Positions 1-9,204 of a stretch of DNA of 64,000 nt are shown here, in pieces. A program made the position numbers and the translations under genes. The DNA is from a bacterium. GTDB taxonomy: Bacteria > Margulisbacteria > Marinamargulisbacteria > JAHFDA01. Positions within the stretch are counted from its first letter, which is position 1. Each line of letters begins with the position of its first letter. A model generated the notes under the pieces. The model ran no database searches. It saw nothing but the letters and a program-made list of their open reading frames with translations, and was not told the origin of the DNA. The stretch is taken from assembly GCA_023249225.1 (NCBI GenBank), contig JAHFDA010000007.1, positions 1,169 to 65,168 of the forward strand, given 5' to 3'.

Positions 1-447
1 GGTTATGCGATGGATCTTTAAACCTGTGCGCCTTGCTTCTTCAACCAGGCACACACTGGCATCTCGGAAGGTAAATAGATCAGGCAGTCGGTCTTCAATC
101 AGCATCCGGGTCATGAGAATCCGTTCATCTGGCGAAAGTTCTCCCTTTTTGTAAATTATTTTGTTTGCCTGGTGATCCAGCCAAAATATTTTTGGAATGC
201 TTGCCCAGGGCAATCTCAAGATCTGCCAAGCCAGTGCCATGGGGGGATGAACCAAAAAAGCGGGACTCACGCTGGATAAAACCACCGTTTGAATATGTGT
301 AGTGGCAATAAACCGTGTGGTGTCCAAAATGGATCGGGCAATAGTAAAATCCATCTCGGTCAATGATTTTGGATCTACCCGATTTACCGGATGGGTAAAG
401 TCCAGCCGTAATTCCGGAATCAACCAGGCACTGCGTCTATGGTTCAT
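1..447 (-). CDS. hypothetical protein, 5' portion (gene continues beyond window start)
   Basis: The minus-strand reading frame is open from the ATG (complement of 445-447) to the window edge. I found no stop by manual translation (MNHRRSAWLIPELRLDFTHPVNR...). It is not in the ORF track because it is truncated. Confidence 0.3.
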   Translation of the reverse strand, partial: MNHRRSAWLIPELRLDFTHPVNRVDPKSLTEMDFTIARSILDTTRFIATTHIQTVVLSSVSPAFLVHPPMALAWQILRLPWASIPKIFWLDHQANKIIYKKGELSPDERILMTRMLIEDRLPDLFTFRDASVCLVEEARRTGLKIHRIT

Positions 448-508
448 TTGATATTTATCGTTACAAAGTTTACGGGTCTCCCACTCAAATCATTCCCTTG
501 TTTTTCCC

Positions 509-1531
509 CTATTTCTTTGGCGGAACAGGCTTGGTCTGGACCGCCTTTACATTCTGCGTCAGGGGTTCCAGGGCAGTCAGCTTGAGTCCGGCGGCCTGGA
601 CAGCGGCGCTCACCGTAGCTTCGGACAGGGTGGTAGACAGGGGCAGGTATAGCTGGGCGCTTGCAGTTTCAAAATCAGCTTCCATTTGCTTAAGGGGGCC
701 TTGTTGTTTAAGCAGTTGCTCCAGCGCAAAAAGGTGGAAGCCGTTTGTCAGGCCGTCTACGCGCGCAGCCAGTCCGGATAAAGTTAATTTTTCTTTGGGG
801 GTCAAGGCCTTGGGGGTCTCGATCATCGGCGGCCAGGGGGGCCAATAGGGTTCCTGTAAAAAAGCCTTGTATCCGCATACAAAGACAGCAGACTGGTTGC
901 TGCTTAAGGGTAGTTGCACGCCCAGGCTCCACAGCAGATTGCGCCGCGACATTTGGATGCCTGGCGAAATATACCACTTGCCTTTTTCGGCATCGGCAAA
1001 GGTATGTTTATAGTTGGCCTCAAGCACAAAATGCATGTCGTATCCTAAATAATCAATGACCGTGGGCCGGTATCCCAGGGCCGACTGCAACAAGATCTGG
1101 TCGCCGTTATAGGCAGCGTTACGGTATAAAAAGCCGCGCAAGTCTGCATGGCCATCAGTGATCGAAAGAAAGGGCAGCAGGGTTTGACGCGGAAAATCAT
1201 ATAAGGCCCCGGCCTGCCACGCGGCACTTTCAAGGCGTCCCGGTTCAGTCTGGATTTGATAACGTTCTTTAACGCGAAAGGCGATTGATCCAAAACCCAG
1301 TTCGGTCAGCTGCAGGTGGCCCAGGTAGTTAAAAGAATCTTTTTCGCCGTATTCAAGTTGTGCGGTATAGGCAATGCGTCCACCCGCGTTGCTGCCCAGC
1401 GAGGGTTTAAAAAGCCATCCGCCCTGATAGACCGTGTAGGGGCTTTCGAAGAACAAGGGTTCCGAAGCCAAGGCCAGGGTGCTGACCATAAACCCCAGCA
1501 GGGTCGCACATAAAATCCGGTTTTGAGTCAC
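509..1531 (-). CDS. hypothetical secreted protein (N-terminal signal peptide)
   Basis: 340-aa ORF with an N-terminus MTQNRILCATLLGFMVSTLALASE that is typical of a Sec signal peptide. No recognisable catalytic motif. Confidence 0.5.
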   Translation of the reverse strand: MTQNRILCATLLGFMVSTLALASEPLFFESPYTVYQGGWLFKPSLGSNAGGRIAYTAQLEYGEKDSFNYLGHLQLTELGFGSIAFRVKERYQIQTEPGRLESAAWQAGALYDFPRQTLLPFLSITDGHADLRGFLYRNAAYNGDQILLQSALGYRPTVIDYLGYDMHFVLEANYKHTFADAEKGKWYISPGIQMSRRNLLWSLGVQLPLSSNQSAVFVCGYKAFLQEPYWPPWPPMIETPKALTPKEKLTLSGLAARVDGLTNGFHLFALEQLLKQQGPLKQMEADFETASAQLYLPLSTTLSEATVSAAVQAAGLKLTALEPLTQNVKAVQTKPVPPKK

Positions 1532-1590
1532 CTTTTTATTGTAAGGCGAGGGTGGTTTGTTATGCTAAAAGAAAAGAAGCGAGGTTTGTC

Positions 1591-2271
1591 ATGCGGCAAA
1601 GAATGCTGTGGTTAAGTGTAGGATTTTTGGTGATCTGTGGGGCGCAGGCTTCGGCGGCCTTGTATTTGCAAAACGAAGAACGATATATCAAAGATAACCG
1701 CAGCAGCCAGGCCCAGGCCTGGGTCGACGAGCGCTATTTGCGAATTGAACTGCGCCGGGGAAATCAAAATGATATCTACTTGTTTGATCGGGATGGAATG
1801 AGCTTTGTGATTCTCAACGAACGCCAGAAAACTTTTCGTGTCTATGCCCAGGCCGAAATTGAAAAAGGGCTTAAGGGTTACGACGCAGTGCCATTGCGTT
1901 ATGCCGTGTCCTTGCCCACCTATAAGGAAGGTTGGCGCTGCAACCAATATAACGGGGTCAAACAAGGTGTGTTGCGGCAACAAATGTTTACCGTGGACCG
2001 CCGCCAGTTCGAGGTTTCTACCGAGGCTTACCGCACCTTGCAATCTGCGCGCGTGTTTTTAGATGTGCTGGCGCCAGACGTGGTGGCGTTTTTTCATGCG
2101 GGTAACGTGGAATGGGAGCGGGGCGCGCAAGGCTACGCTGGCATTCCTGTGATCCAGAATAATTTTGACAAGGATGGTCAACTGCTTAGAACCACGCAGA
2201 TTACGCAAAGCAGCGCGGCAGACGTGCCAACTGATTTTTATAGCGTGCCTGAAGATTATCGGGAGATTTAG
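1591..2271 (+). CDS. hypothetical secreted protein or lipoprotein
   Basis: ORF 1552-2271. Internal ATG at 1591 gives MRQRMLWLSVGFLVICGAQA signal-like N-terminus. Confidence 0.45.
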   Translation: MRQRMLWLSVGFLVICGAQASAALYLQNEERYIKDNRSSQAQAWVDERYLRIELRRGNQNDIYLFDRDGMSFVILNERQKTFRVYAQAEIEKGLKGYDAVPLRYAVSLPTYKEGWRCNQYNGVKQGVLRQQMFTVDRRQFEVSTEAYRTLQSARVFLDVLAPDVVAFFHAGNVEWERGAQGYAGIPVIQNNFDKDGQLLRTTQITQSSAADVPTDFYSVPEDYREI

Positions 2272-2289
2272 TTTTCTACGATCAATGGC

Positions 2290-3105
2290 ATGGATTCCCG
2301 CGGGCTTTATGCGCCCCAATCGCTGACCTGGCAGATCAATCGGCATCCAATTATTTTGCTGGGGGGTTTGCGGGCACTGCTGATGCAGGTGGCCCATCCG
2401 CTGGTGGCCCAGGGGGTGGCAGAGCACAGCAGCTTTCAAAAAATGCCGCTGAAGCGTCTTTTTCGCACACTTGATTTAATGCTTACGGTTACCTTTGGCG
2501 ATCTTTTGCAAGCCCAGCAGGCGGTCGACGCCATTGGGCAAGCCCACCTTAAGGTGAAAGGTGTTTTACCGCAGACGGCGGGGCCTTATAAGCAAGGCCA
2601 GGCTTACCATGCCGAAATGTTGCCTCTTAAAGTATGGGTATTGGCCACATTGGTGGATACATCAATGCGGATGTATGACTTGTTTGTGCAACCGCTGGGC
2701 CTAGGTCAAAGAAAGCAGTATTACTATGAAAGTTTCGCGATGAGTCGCATGCTGGGCATACCCGATGAGGCCTGGCCGTGCGATTACGATGCCTTTGAAA
2801 AGTATATGCGTGAAATGGAGCAGCACGGGATCATGGCCAAGGGTACCACAGCAAAACAATTGGGCCGGGACATCATGTATCCGCCGATTGCCGGGTTGCC
2901 GCAATTTCTGGTGAGTCCATTGCGAATGTTGACCCTGGGCTTTTTACCCGAAAGCTTGCGTAAGGATTTTGGCTTTGAATGGCGCAATCGAAATGCCAAG
3001 ATACATGCAGCGTGGGTCATCGGCCTACGCCTTTTTTACCGGTTATGGCCGCCGGTGCTCAAGACCCTGCCGTATGCCCGTAAGGCAAAAAAAAGATGGA
3101 GTTAA
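2290..3105 (+). CDS. DUF2236 / MpaB-family oxygenase-like protein
   Basis: 271 aa. The N-terminal pattern LTWQINRHPIILLGGLRALLMQVAHPLVAQGV resembles the ER-bound oxygenase MpaB/DUF2236 family. Family assignment is from memory. Confidence 0.45.
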   Translation: MDSRGLYAPQSLTWQINRHPIILLGGLRALLMQVAHPLVAQGVAEHSSFQKMPLKRLFRTLDLMLTVTFGDLLQAQQAVDAIGQAHLKVKGVLPQTAGPYKQGQAYHAEMLPLKVWVLATLVDTSMRMYDLFVQPLGLGQRKQYYYESFAMSRMLGIPDEAWPCDYDAFEKYMREMEQHGIMAKGTTAKQLGRDIMYPPIAGLPQFLVSPLRMLTLGFLPESLRKDFGFEWRNRNAKIHAAWVIGLRLFYRLWPPVLKTLPYARKAKKRWS

Positions 3106-3108
3106 AGC

Positions 3109-3540
3109 GTGACTAACCAGATTGCAGCACAAATGTTTATTACGTTCGTGGCGCTTATGATCATAGGACTGTCTGGTTGTGGTTGGCTGGCTTCATTGCT
3201 GGGAGGATCCAGCACAAGCAGCAATACCACGGCCACATTGTCGTCTATCCAAGCCAACGTGTTTAACACAAGCTGTACAAGCTGTCATAGTGGCAGCTCG
3301 CCAGCGGGCAGCTTGAACCTGACCAGCGGACAGTCTTATGGTGAGATGGTCAGCGTCAACGCCACCACGGCCTTAACAAGCATGTATTTGGTCAAGCCCG
3401 GCAGCAGCACCGAAAGCGTGCTGATTCGAAGGCTCGAGGGCAATGGCGTGGGGCCGATGCCGCAGGGCGGATCGGCACTGGACGCAGCGGTCATTAACAC
3501 GATCAAAGCGTGGATTGATGCGGGGGCAGCGAATAATTAA
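3109..3540 (+). CDS. putative small c-type cytochrome-like lipoprotein
   Basis: N-terminal TM/lipobox-like LSGCGW, a single CxxCH motif (SCTSCHSG) and a C-terminal ...GPMPQGG... segment reminiscent of planctomycete-type cytochrome c domains. Confidence 0.4.
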   Translation: MTNQIAAQMFITFVALMIIGLSGCGWLASLLGGSSTSSNTTATLSSIQANVFNTSCTSCHSGSSPAGSLNLTSGQSYGEMVSVNATTALTSMYLVKPGSSTESVLIRRLEGNGVGPMPQGGSALDAAVINTIKAWIDAGAANN

Positions 3541-4128
3541 ATGCAAAACAAAATACAACTTACCCTCGCTTTGTTATTCATAAGCCTTGGTTTTTTTTCT
3601 CCTCTACAAGCCTCTGAATGGCATGTGGATGACACCGTAACCCGGCAGGCCACGTTTGTCTCGGATGCGCCGTTTGAATCTTTCGATGGAGTTACTGAAA
3701 AGCTAGACGGTTACGCCCAATGGCACGGAGAAGATTTTACCGCACAGAGCGAATTTTATTTTGAAGTTGACCTCAACGCGATCGATACCGGGATAGGCCT
3801 GCGTAACCGGCACATGCAGCAAAATTACCTTGAGACAGATCGTTTTCCGTTGGCGCAGTATGAGGGGCGTGTGGTTGCAGTACGGCCACAGGAGGCAGGA
3901 CCGCGGGCTTTGGAACTGGAGGGCCGATTTTCAGTGCACGGCGTGACCCAGGATCTGCGGGTGACGGCCGATGTGGTGTGGATTGAAAATCGGTATCACG
4001 TGCACAGCCGCTTCAACATCCGGTTAAATGATTATGCTATTAAAATACCGGCGATCATGTTTTATAAGATCAACGAACTGGTCGAGGTGAGGGTAGATTT
4101 TTATTTGAAAGCAGCAGAGGAGGGATGA
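3541..4128 (+). CDS. YceI-like periplasmic protein
   Basis: 195 aa with signal peptide, then a domain with a YceI-like pattern (W..D...S.V.F......F.G, ...LELEGRFSVHGVTQDL...). Confidence 0.55.
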   Translation: MQNKIQLTLALLFISLGFFSPLQASEWHVDDTVTRQATFVSDAPFESFDGVTEKLDGYAQWHGEDFTAQSEFYFEVDLNAIDTGIGLRNRHMQQNYLETDRFPLAQYEGRVVAVRPQEAGPRALELEGRFSVHGVTQDLRVTADVVWIENRYHVHSRFNIRLNDYAIKIPAIMFYKINELVEVRVDFYLKAAEEG

Positions 4129-4973
4129 TCATAATGCGGATGTTGCGAGTGCTGGTTATGGCCGGAATAATGTGTGTTTTTGCGCTTCCCGCGCAGGCCA
4201 AAAGCGCAAAGTGGAAGCACATGGGAACTTCGACGCAGCCCAATTACAGTTTGTTTCATTCCACGCAGGCGCTGGCTTTGCCCACAGCCGAGACTCTGCG
4301 GCAGGGGATAATTCAGTTTGAGATTCAACACCGCTTTGTTCCAGCGGTAAGCAGTGGCCTTGGCGGATTGTATGGCGTGGATGGGCCAGCGTATATCCGT
4401 TTTGGCTTGGCATACGGATTTACCCATGACCTTACGCTGACTTTGGGCCGGAGTAATCTTGACGACAACTACGATCTTCAGGCCAAACAGGTGATTTACC
4501 AGAACCGTCTCGGTGAGTGGCCTTTGGTGATGGCCGTGCAACTGGGATCGGCATGGAATGCGTCGGTGGCGGGACGCAGCAGCCTGGATCAGCGGAACTT
4601 TCAGAATTATGGTCAACTCATTGTTAACATGATGCCGCTTGAGCAATGGGCGTTTGGGCTGGTGCCCACGTTTGTTGACAACGCCAGTTACAATACAGCG
4701 CAAACGCAATCAACCCTGGCTTTAGGCACGTATATCCAGTATTACGTCACTGATTTATGGAGCCTGGTGGCAGAGTGGAATCATCTGATCTCGGGATACA
4801 TCAACAGTTATCCGAGTGCTTCGTATGGCTTTGAACTCGAAACCGGCGGCCACTTTTTTAAATTTTTTGTAAGCAATATCGCAAAAATAAACCAAGCGCA
4901 GTATGTGACTGGCGGAGATCTCAATGGCGACTGGCGGCTGGGATTTTTAATTACGCGACTGCTTAAATTTTAA
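4125..4973 (+). CDS. putative outer-membrane beta-barrel protein
   Basis: Signal peptide (MRMLRVLVMAGIMCVFALPAQA), alternating hydrophobic pattern and a C-terminal aromatic residue (..LLKF), typical of BAM-dependent OM barrels. Confidence 0.4.
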   Translation: MIIMRMLRVLVMAGIMCVFALPAQAKSAKWKHMGTSTQPNYSLFHSTQALALPTAETLRQGIIQFEIQHRFVPAVSSGLGGLYGVDGPAYIRFGLAYGFTHDLTLTLGRSNLDDNYDLQAKQVIYQNRLGEWPLVMAVQLGSAWNASVAGRSSLDQRNFQNYGQLIVNMMPLEQWAFGLVPTFVDNASYNTAQTQSTLALGTYIQYYVTDLWSLVAEWNHLISGYINSYPSASYGFELETGGHFFKFFVSNIAKINQAQYVTGGDLNGDWRLGFLITRLLKF

Positions 4974-5142
4974 GCTAAAACCACGTTTAAGCCCCTTAAA
5001 AAACGGGAATAAAACCTATGCGCCGGTTGGGGACGCCGAGTGGGCAATGGAGCCTATATCGGAATTTTCACCAGCGGCGGAAAATTGCTCGGCAAAGTTA
5101 AAATTGCGGTTTATAAGAGCGGCTGATCGTATACTGAATTCA

Positions 5143-6000
5143 ATGCTTAAAAGGTTTCGAGCTTATTCAGTATTGTTCCTAAAGGGTTTGTGCATGGGTG
5201 GCGCAGATTTTGTGCCTGGTATTTCTGGAGGAACCGTTGCGCTCATGCTCGGGATTTATGAGCGTTGGGTATTTGCGCTGGGGGACATCGACCTAAGTCT
5301 TTTTGTGGATCTGTTGCGGAGGCGCAACCAGGCGGCCAAACAGAAATTTTTTTTGGTGCCATTTGGTTTTTTGCTTCCGCTTGGCCTGGGCCTGATGCTG
5401 GCGCCCTTTGCGGTATCGCATGGAGTAGCCTTTTTGCTGGGGCGCCATGCCGCCTTTACCTACGCTTTTTTTATGGGCCTGATTGTGGCCACCAGCATTT
5501 TGATTTTTAAACGCATTGGTACATTTAACTGGCAGACCTGGGCGGTACTTGTGCTGGGAGCGGCACTTGGCTATGGCCTGACGGGTTTTAGCGGTGCAGC
5601 GGCGCTGCCGCATTCCAAACCATTTTTTGTGATCTATGGCTCCCTGGCCATCTGCGCCATGGTATTGCCAGGCATTTCGGGCGCATTTATTTTGTATCTG
5701 TTGGGGCAGTACGAAGTCATGGTTCAGGCCGTGCAGCACGTGGATCTAGAAGTGATGGGCCTGTTTGGCCTGGGCGCGGTGCTGGGGATTTTAAGTTTTG
5801 TGCGCGGGGTGGCCTGGCTGCTTAAGAAGTTTCCGGGCCTGACCATGGCGGGTTTAACCGGGCTGATGCTGGGGGCTTTGCGCCTGCCGCTTTTGCATAT
5901 CAGTCAACATGGATTTAACCAGGGTTGGCCAGTCTTCGGGCTTGTCGGGGGAATGGGATTGGTATGGGGGGCAACGTTTATTTTTCGACCCAGGCCTTAA
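5143..6000 (+). CDS. DUF368 family membrane protein (polyprenyl-phosphate translocase-like)
   Basis: Conserved DUF368 N-terminal motif GADFVPGISGGTVALMLGIYERW and multiple TM helices. ORF track 5047-6000; start placed at in-frame ATG 5143. Confidence 0.6.
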   Translation: MLKRFRAYSVLFLKGLCMGGADFVPGISGGTVALMLGIYERWVFALGDIDLSLFVDLLRRRNQAAKQKFFLVPFGFLLPLGLGLMLAPFAVSHGVAFLLGRHAAFTYAFFMGLIVATSILIFKRIGTFNWQTWAVLVLGAALGYGLTGFSGAAALPHSKPFFVIYGSLAICAMVLPGISGAFILYLLGQYEVMVQAVQHVDLEVMGLFGLGAVLGILSFVRGVAWLLKKFPGLTMAGLTGLMLGALRLPLLHISQHGFNQGWPVFGLVGGMGLVWGATFIFRPRP

Positions 6001-6018
6001 ATGGGACAATAGGACTTC

Positions 6019-7047
6019 ATGGCTGTCGAAACCCAGGTTCCCAATCAAGCGTTATTGCAGGCCCGTTACCGTCTGCATCCCTTACATGCGGCTGAATATA
6101 CCCTTGAGCGTTGTCAGCGCATTATTGAACTGCAGGCCGAAATCCGCCGTCTCAAGCTGGAACGCAATGCCATCATTCTGGCACATTCTTATGTGCGGTC
6201 TGAAATTCTTGATGTGGCAGACACGGTTGCGGATTCTTATGCCCTTAGCCTTGAGGCCGTCAAGCATCCTGAAAAAGAGGTGATCTTGTTTGCGGGGGTG
6301 TTGTTTATGGCCGAGACTGCCAAAATTTTAAGTCCCGAAAAAACGGTGTTGATACCAGACAGGCAAGCCGGTTGTTCGCTGGCCGAAAGCACCGGAGACA
6401 TTCGACAGATTCAACACTGGTTATCCGATCTTAAACAGCAATACAACGACCTGGTCAAAGTGACTTACATTAATTCCACTGCCGAAGTTAAAGCGCTGTG
6501 TGATGTGGTGGTGACATCTTCTAATGTGCGTCGTATTCTCGATAAACTTCCGCAAAAGCATATTGCCTTTATGCCCGACAAATTCATGGGTGCATTTTTG
6601 CAGGAACAGATGCCCGAACGTATCTTTCACCTCTGGGATGGTACATGTATGGTGCATGAGCAGATCACGCCTGCAGAATATCAGCGTATTCTGGCGCAGT
6701 GGCCAGATGCTGTGTTACTTACGCATATGGAAGCGCCACTGCAGACCTTGCAAATGTCGCACTTTGTGGGCAGCACCACGCAAATGATGGACTATGCCGC
6801 CAAACTTCCGGACGGTACCACGGTGGTGTTGGGTACCGCCTGCGGGGTACCTACGATCCTGCGCGAACAACATGGCCAGCGCCTTAATATCGTAGGCGGC
6901 TGCTACACCTGCCCGCATATGGAACGGAATACTATAGAAGGCGTATATGCGGCCTTGCGTGATTTAAAGCCGCAGATCCAGTTGCCGGACACAGTCATGC
7001 AGGCTGCCCGCAAAGCGCTGCAGCAGATGATGGCGCTGGCGGGCTAG
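6019..7047 (+). CDS. nadA: quinolinate synthase NadA
   Basis: Strong match to NadA blocks: IILAHSYV..., FMAETAKILSPEKTVLIPD (E. coli FMGETAKILSPEKTILMP), VVTSSN, CMVHE. The protein is 342 aa. Confidence 0.9.
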   Translation: MAVETQVPNQALLQARYRLHPLHAAEYTLERCQRIIELQAEIRRLKLERNAIILAHSYVRSEILDVADTVADSYALSLEAVKHPEKEVILFAGVLFMAETAKILSPEKTVLIPDRQAGCSLAESTGDIRQIQHWLSDLKQQYNDLVKVTYINSTAEVKALCDVVVTSSNVRRILDKLPQKHIAFMPDKFMGAFLQEQMPERIFHLWDGTCMVHEQITPAEYQRILAQWPDAVLLTHMEAPLQTLQMSHFVGSTTQMMDYAAKLPDGTTVVLGTACGVPTILREQHGQRLNIVGGCYTCPHMERNTIEGVYAALRDLKPQIQLPDTVMQAARKALQQMMALAG

Positions 7048-7092
7048 GCTTTTAAGCTTTTGCTATCATCTTAATTAATCAGGAGGGAAATC

Positions 7093-7308
7093 ATGGCAAA
7101 ACAAAATTCAGTTTACACTAGGCAATTGAGCCGCGAAATTGAGGCGACTCCAGTTGAATATATCCCTGCCTTGTTGGAGATTGTGCGGATTTTCAGAGAG
7201 ACCGTTGCTTTGAAGTCGGCTCCGGAGTCGTTCAAACAAGGGTGGAAAGAGGCTCGATCTGGCCAGACCAAACCGGTAAGTAAATTGTGGAAAGAAGTGG
7301 ATGCTTAG
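7093..7308 (+). CDS. putative antitoxin of type II TA pair
   Basis: 71-aa ORF with a strong SD (AGGAGGG) that overlaps by 8 nt the start of a RelE/ParE-like toxin gene. Confidence 0.45.
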   Translation: MAKQNSVYTRQLSREIEATPVEYIPALLEIVRIFRETVALKSAPESFKQGWKEARSGQTKPVSKLWKEVDA

Positions 7309-7648
7309 CGCCAGGCAAGACGGTTTGTCGGTCGAGTACACGCCTGAATTTCAGCGGAATATCCGGGATCTTTCAAAAAAGTATCCTGGCATCCGACAAG
7401 ACATAGAGCCAGTTATATCCCAGATTCAGATGGGGCAAACGCCTGGGGATCGGGTGCCCGGCATTGGATATCCACTATTTAAGGTAAGGATCCGTAACAC
7501 CGATGCAAGAAAGGGAAAAAGCGGTGGATATCGCGTGATTTATTTTCTTAAAACTCCAGACCAGATTATTCTAATCACGATCTATTCAAAGTCGGATCAG
7601 TCAGACGTAAGCACGTTACAGATTAAACGGATTATTGAGAGTTTTTGA
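7301..7648 (+). CDS. RelE/ParE-family type II toxin
   Basis: 115 aa with the typical RelE/ParE C-terminal block ...KGKSGGYRVIYFLKTPDQIILITIYSKSD.... Confidence 0.6.
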   Translation: MLSARQDGLSVEYTPEFQRNIRDLSKKYPGIRQDIEPVISQIQMGQTPGDRVPGIGYPLFKVRIRNTDARKGKSGGYRVIYFLKTPDQIILITIYSKSDQSDVSTLQIKRIIESF

Positions 7649-7663
7649 ATTTTTGGATTAAAT

Positions 7664-8167
7664 CTATTTCACAAATCCTATTCTGCGGTGCATGGCCAGT
7701 GACATGATCACACCCCACACCAATGCAAATCCGTTTTGTCCAAAAAGTTTAAGAGAGTCTGGCAGAAACATATAAATCAAGGCCGAAGCCGGGCCCCAAA
7801 ATGCCCAGCTGCGCAGCTGTACAAAGAGGTAATTCCGTTTAAGGTATTCAACCGGGCCAAAGTTCCAGTCGCCTTCCATCCAGTGCCGGAGGTAATACAC
7901 CATCACCATGACAAAGGCGTTATTGGTGGGTCCAAAAAACAACTGATCCCATAGCAGGCGGGGCAACCAGGCTTCTTGCGGATAAAAATGACCCATGACT
8001 TTAAAAAATGTTTCAACGATCAGAATACCCACCAGGGCGCCCATCAGGCCCATGTAAAGTAAACGTTTCCAATCCAGGGCCGGGCGGGTTATTTTTTGAG
8101 CGATAAAATCCGGAAAAACGCCCAGTGCAAAAAAACAAGTGAATACTTTTATAAGCCATAGACCCAT
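7664..8167 (-). CDS. hypothetical integral membrane protein
   Basis: 167 aa with 4-5 predicted hydrophobic helices. No family recognised. Confidence 0.4.
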   Translation of the reverse strand: MGLWLIKVFTCFFALGVFPDFIAQKITRPALDWKRLLYMGLMGALVGILIVETFFKVMGHFYPQEAWLPRLLWDQLFFGPTNNAFVMVMVYYLRHWMEGDWNFGPVEYLKRNYLFVQLRSWAFWGPASALIYMFLPDSLKLFGQNGFALVWGVIMSLAMHRRIGFVK

Positions 8168-8209
8168 GATTTACATCATACGGGCTTTACGTCATCCCGG
8201 CTAAATGCC

Positions 8210-8638
8210 ATGTTTAAAACAGTTACAAACAAGGGAATCATTCCACTGGAGGGTTTTCTTATGGCAGAAATAGGTCGCATGCAAGGTGTTGATCATACTG
8301 ATTTTTTCAGTTGGAATAACTCTGCTCTTAAGGGCACATCGCTTTTAGACCTTAAAAAGGGCATACCCAAGGTGGATATAAAGCAGCCCAGTGGCCGACT
8401 CGTGGCCGTTAGTTTTTCAAGCTTGGGGGAGCATCTCGACCTTCAAGCGGGCATGCTTGGCCTGGCAGGACAATTGGAACAGATCGGAGACGCGGCTTAC
8501 GAAGATCTGTTGCGAGCCGACCCCACGCTAAGCAAACCCGAAATGGATCTGATCCTTGGCGCCATGATGGAGGAAGCCCGGGCCAACATGGACGGCAAGG
8601 GCGATATGCATGTGACTTACGAAAAATCAGTGAATTAA
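8210..8638 (+). CDS. hypothetical protein
   Basis: 142-aa ORF in a gap between convergent genes. No recognisable motif. Confidence 0.3.
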   Translation: MFKTVTNKGIIPLEGFLMAEIGRMQGVDHTDFFSWNNSALKGTSLLDLKKGIPKVDIKQPSGRLVAVSFSSLGEHLDLQAGMLGLAGQLEQIGDAAYEDLLRADPTLSKPEMDLILGAMMEEARANMDGKGDMHVTYEKSVN

Positions 8639-8886
8639 CGGATCATGTGATTATATGCGGAGTGGCTGCCGATCCAAACCCAGATAAATGAATCCTCGTC
8701 CTTTAAAGCCAAGGCCCGATAATTGTTTCCGATTCGTATTGACCAGAATTTTCCAGTTTTTTTAAAATGCAGTGACGGGTGCAGAGGATCTTTTTTCAAG
8801 AGCTCGAAATTTTTTTGAGATAATTGCTGGATATGATTTGGAAGAGCGTCAAAATCTTTCCAAAATCGGTTTGTGGCTTGGTGCAT
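8635..8886 (-). CDS. RelE/ParE-family type II toxin
   Basis: 83 aa. ...LHFKKTGKFWSIRIGNNYRALALKDEDSFIWVWIGSHSAYNHMI resembles plasmid-stabilisation RelE/ParE toxins. It lies directly downstream of a small antitoxin-like ORF. Confidence 0.55.
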   Translation of the reverse strand: MHQATNRFWKDFDALPNHIQQLSQKNFELLKKDPLHPSLHFKKTGKFWSIRIGNNYRALALKDEDSFIWVWIGSHSAYNHMIR

Positions 8887-9087
8887 TTAAAGCTCATTTA
8901 ATTTATGGGCGTTTTTTTCTTCTATGGCTTCTTTAACCAAGAAATCTAGTTTTCCAGATTCGGAATCGGTTTCAATTTGCCGATCCCAGCGTTCCTGATC
9001 TCGTTGGGCAAACCACTGGCGTAACCGTTGGTAGTCGGAATTAGAAAGGGATTCTATCGAATTCAAAATTTCTTCAATTTTAGTCAT
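8887..9087 (-). CDS. putative antitoxin (addiction-module component)
   Basis: The track ORF 8887-9156 runs into the tRNA-Gly gene. The internal ATG at 9085-9087 (MTKIEEILNSIESLSNSDYQRLRQWF...) gives a 66-aa protein that abuts the toxin gene. Confidence 0.5.
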   Translation of the reverse strand: MTKIEEILNSIESLSNSDYQRLRQWFAQRDQERWDRQIETDSESGKLDFLVKEAIEEKNAHKLNEL

Positions 9088-9095
9088 ATTATTAA

Positions 9096-9171
9096 TGGAG
9101 CGGGCGACCGGTCTCGAACCGGCGACCTCAACCTTGGCAAGGTTGCGCTCTACCAACTGAGCTACGCCCGC
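9096..9171 (-). tRNA. tRNA-Gly (anticodon GCC)
   Basis: The reverse complement folds as a cloverleaf. It has acceptor GCGGGCG/CGCCCGC, D-arm GCTCAGTTGGTAGAGC, anticodon stem-loop CAACC-TTGCCAA-GGTTG, T-arm with TTCGAGA, discriminator U and encoded CCA. It is 76 nt. Confidence 0.85.
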
Positions 9172-9204
9172 GTGCCTTTTATTGTACCGTAATCCTGCCG
9201 AATT

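Noticed and set aside
498-1059. Plus-strand ORFs 498-848 and 745-1059
   Set aside because: They overlap the longer minus-strand signal-peptide protein 509-1531 and have no features of their own. They are likely spurious.
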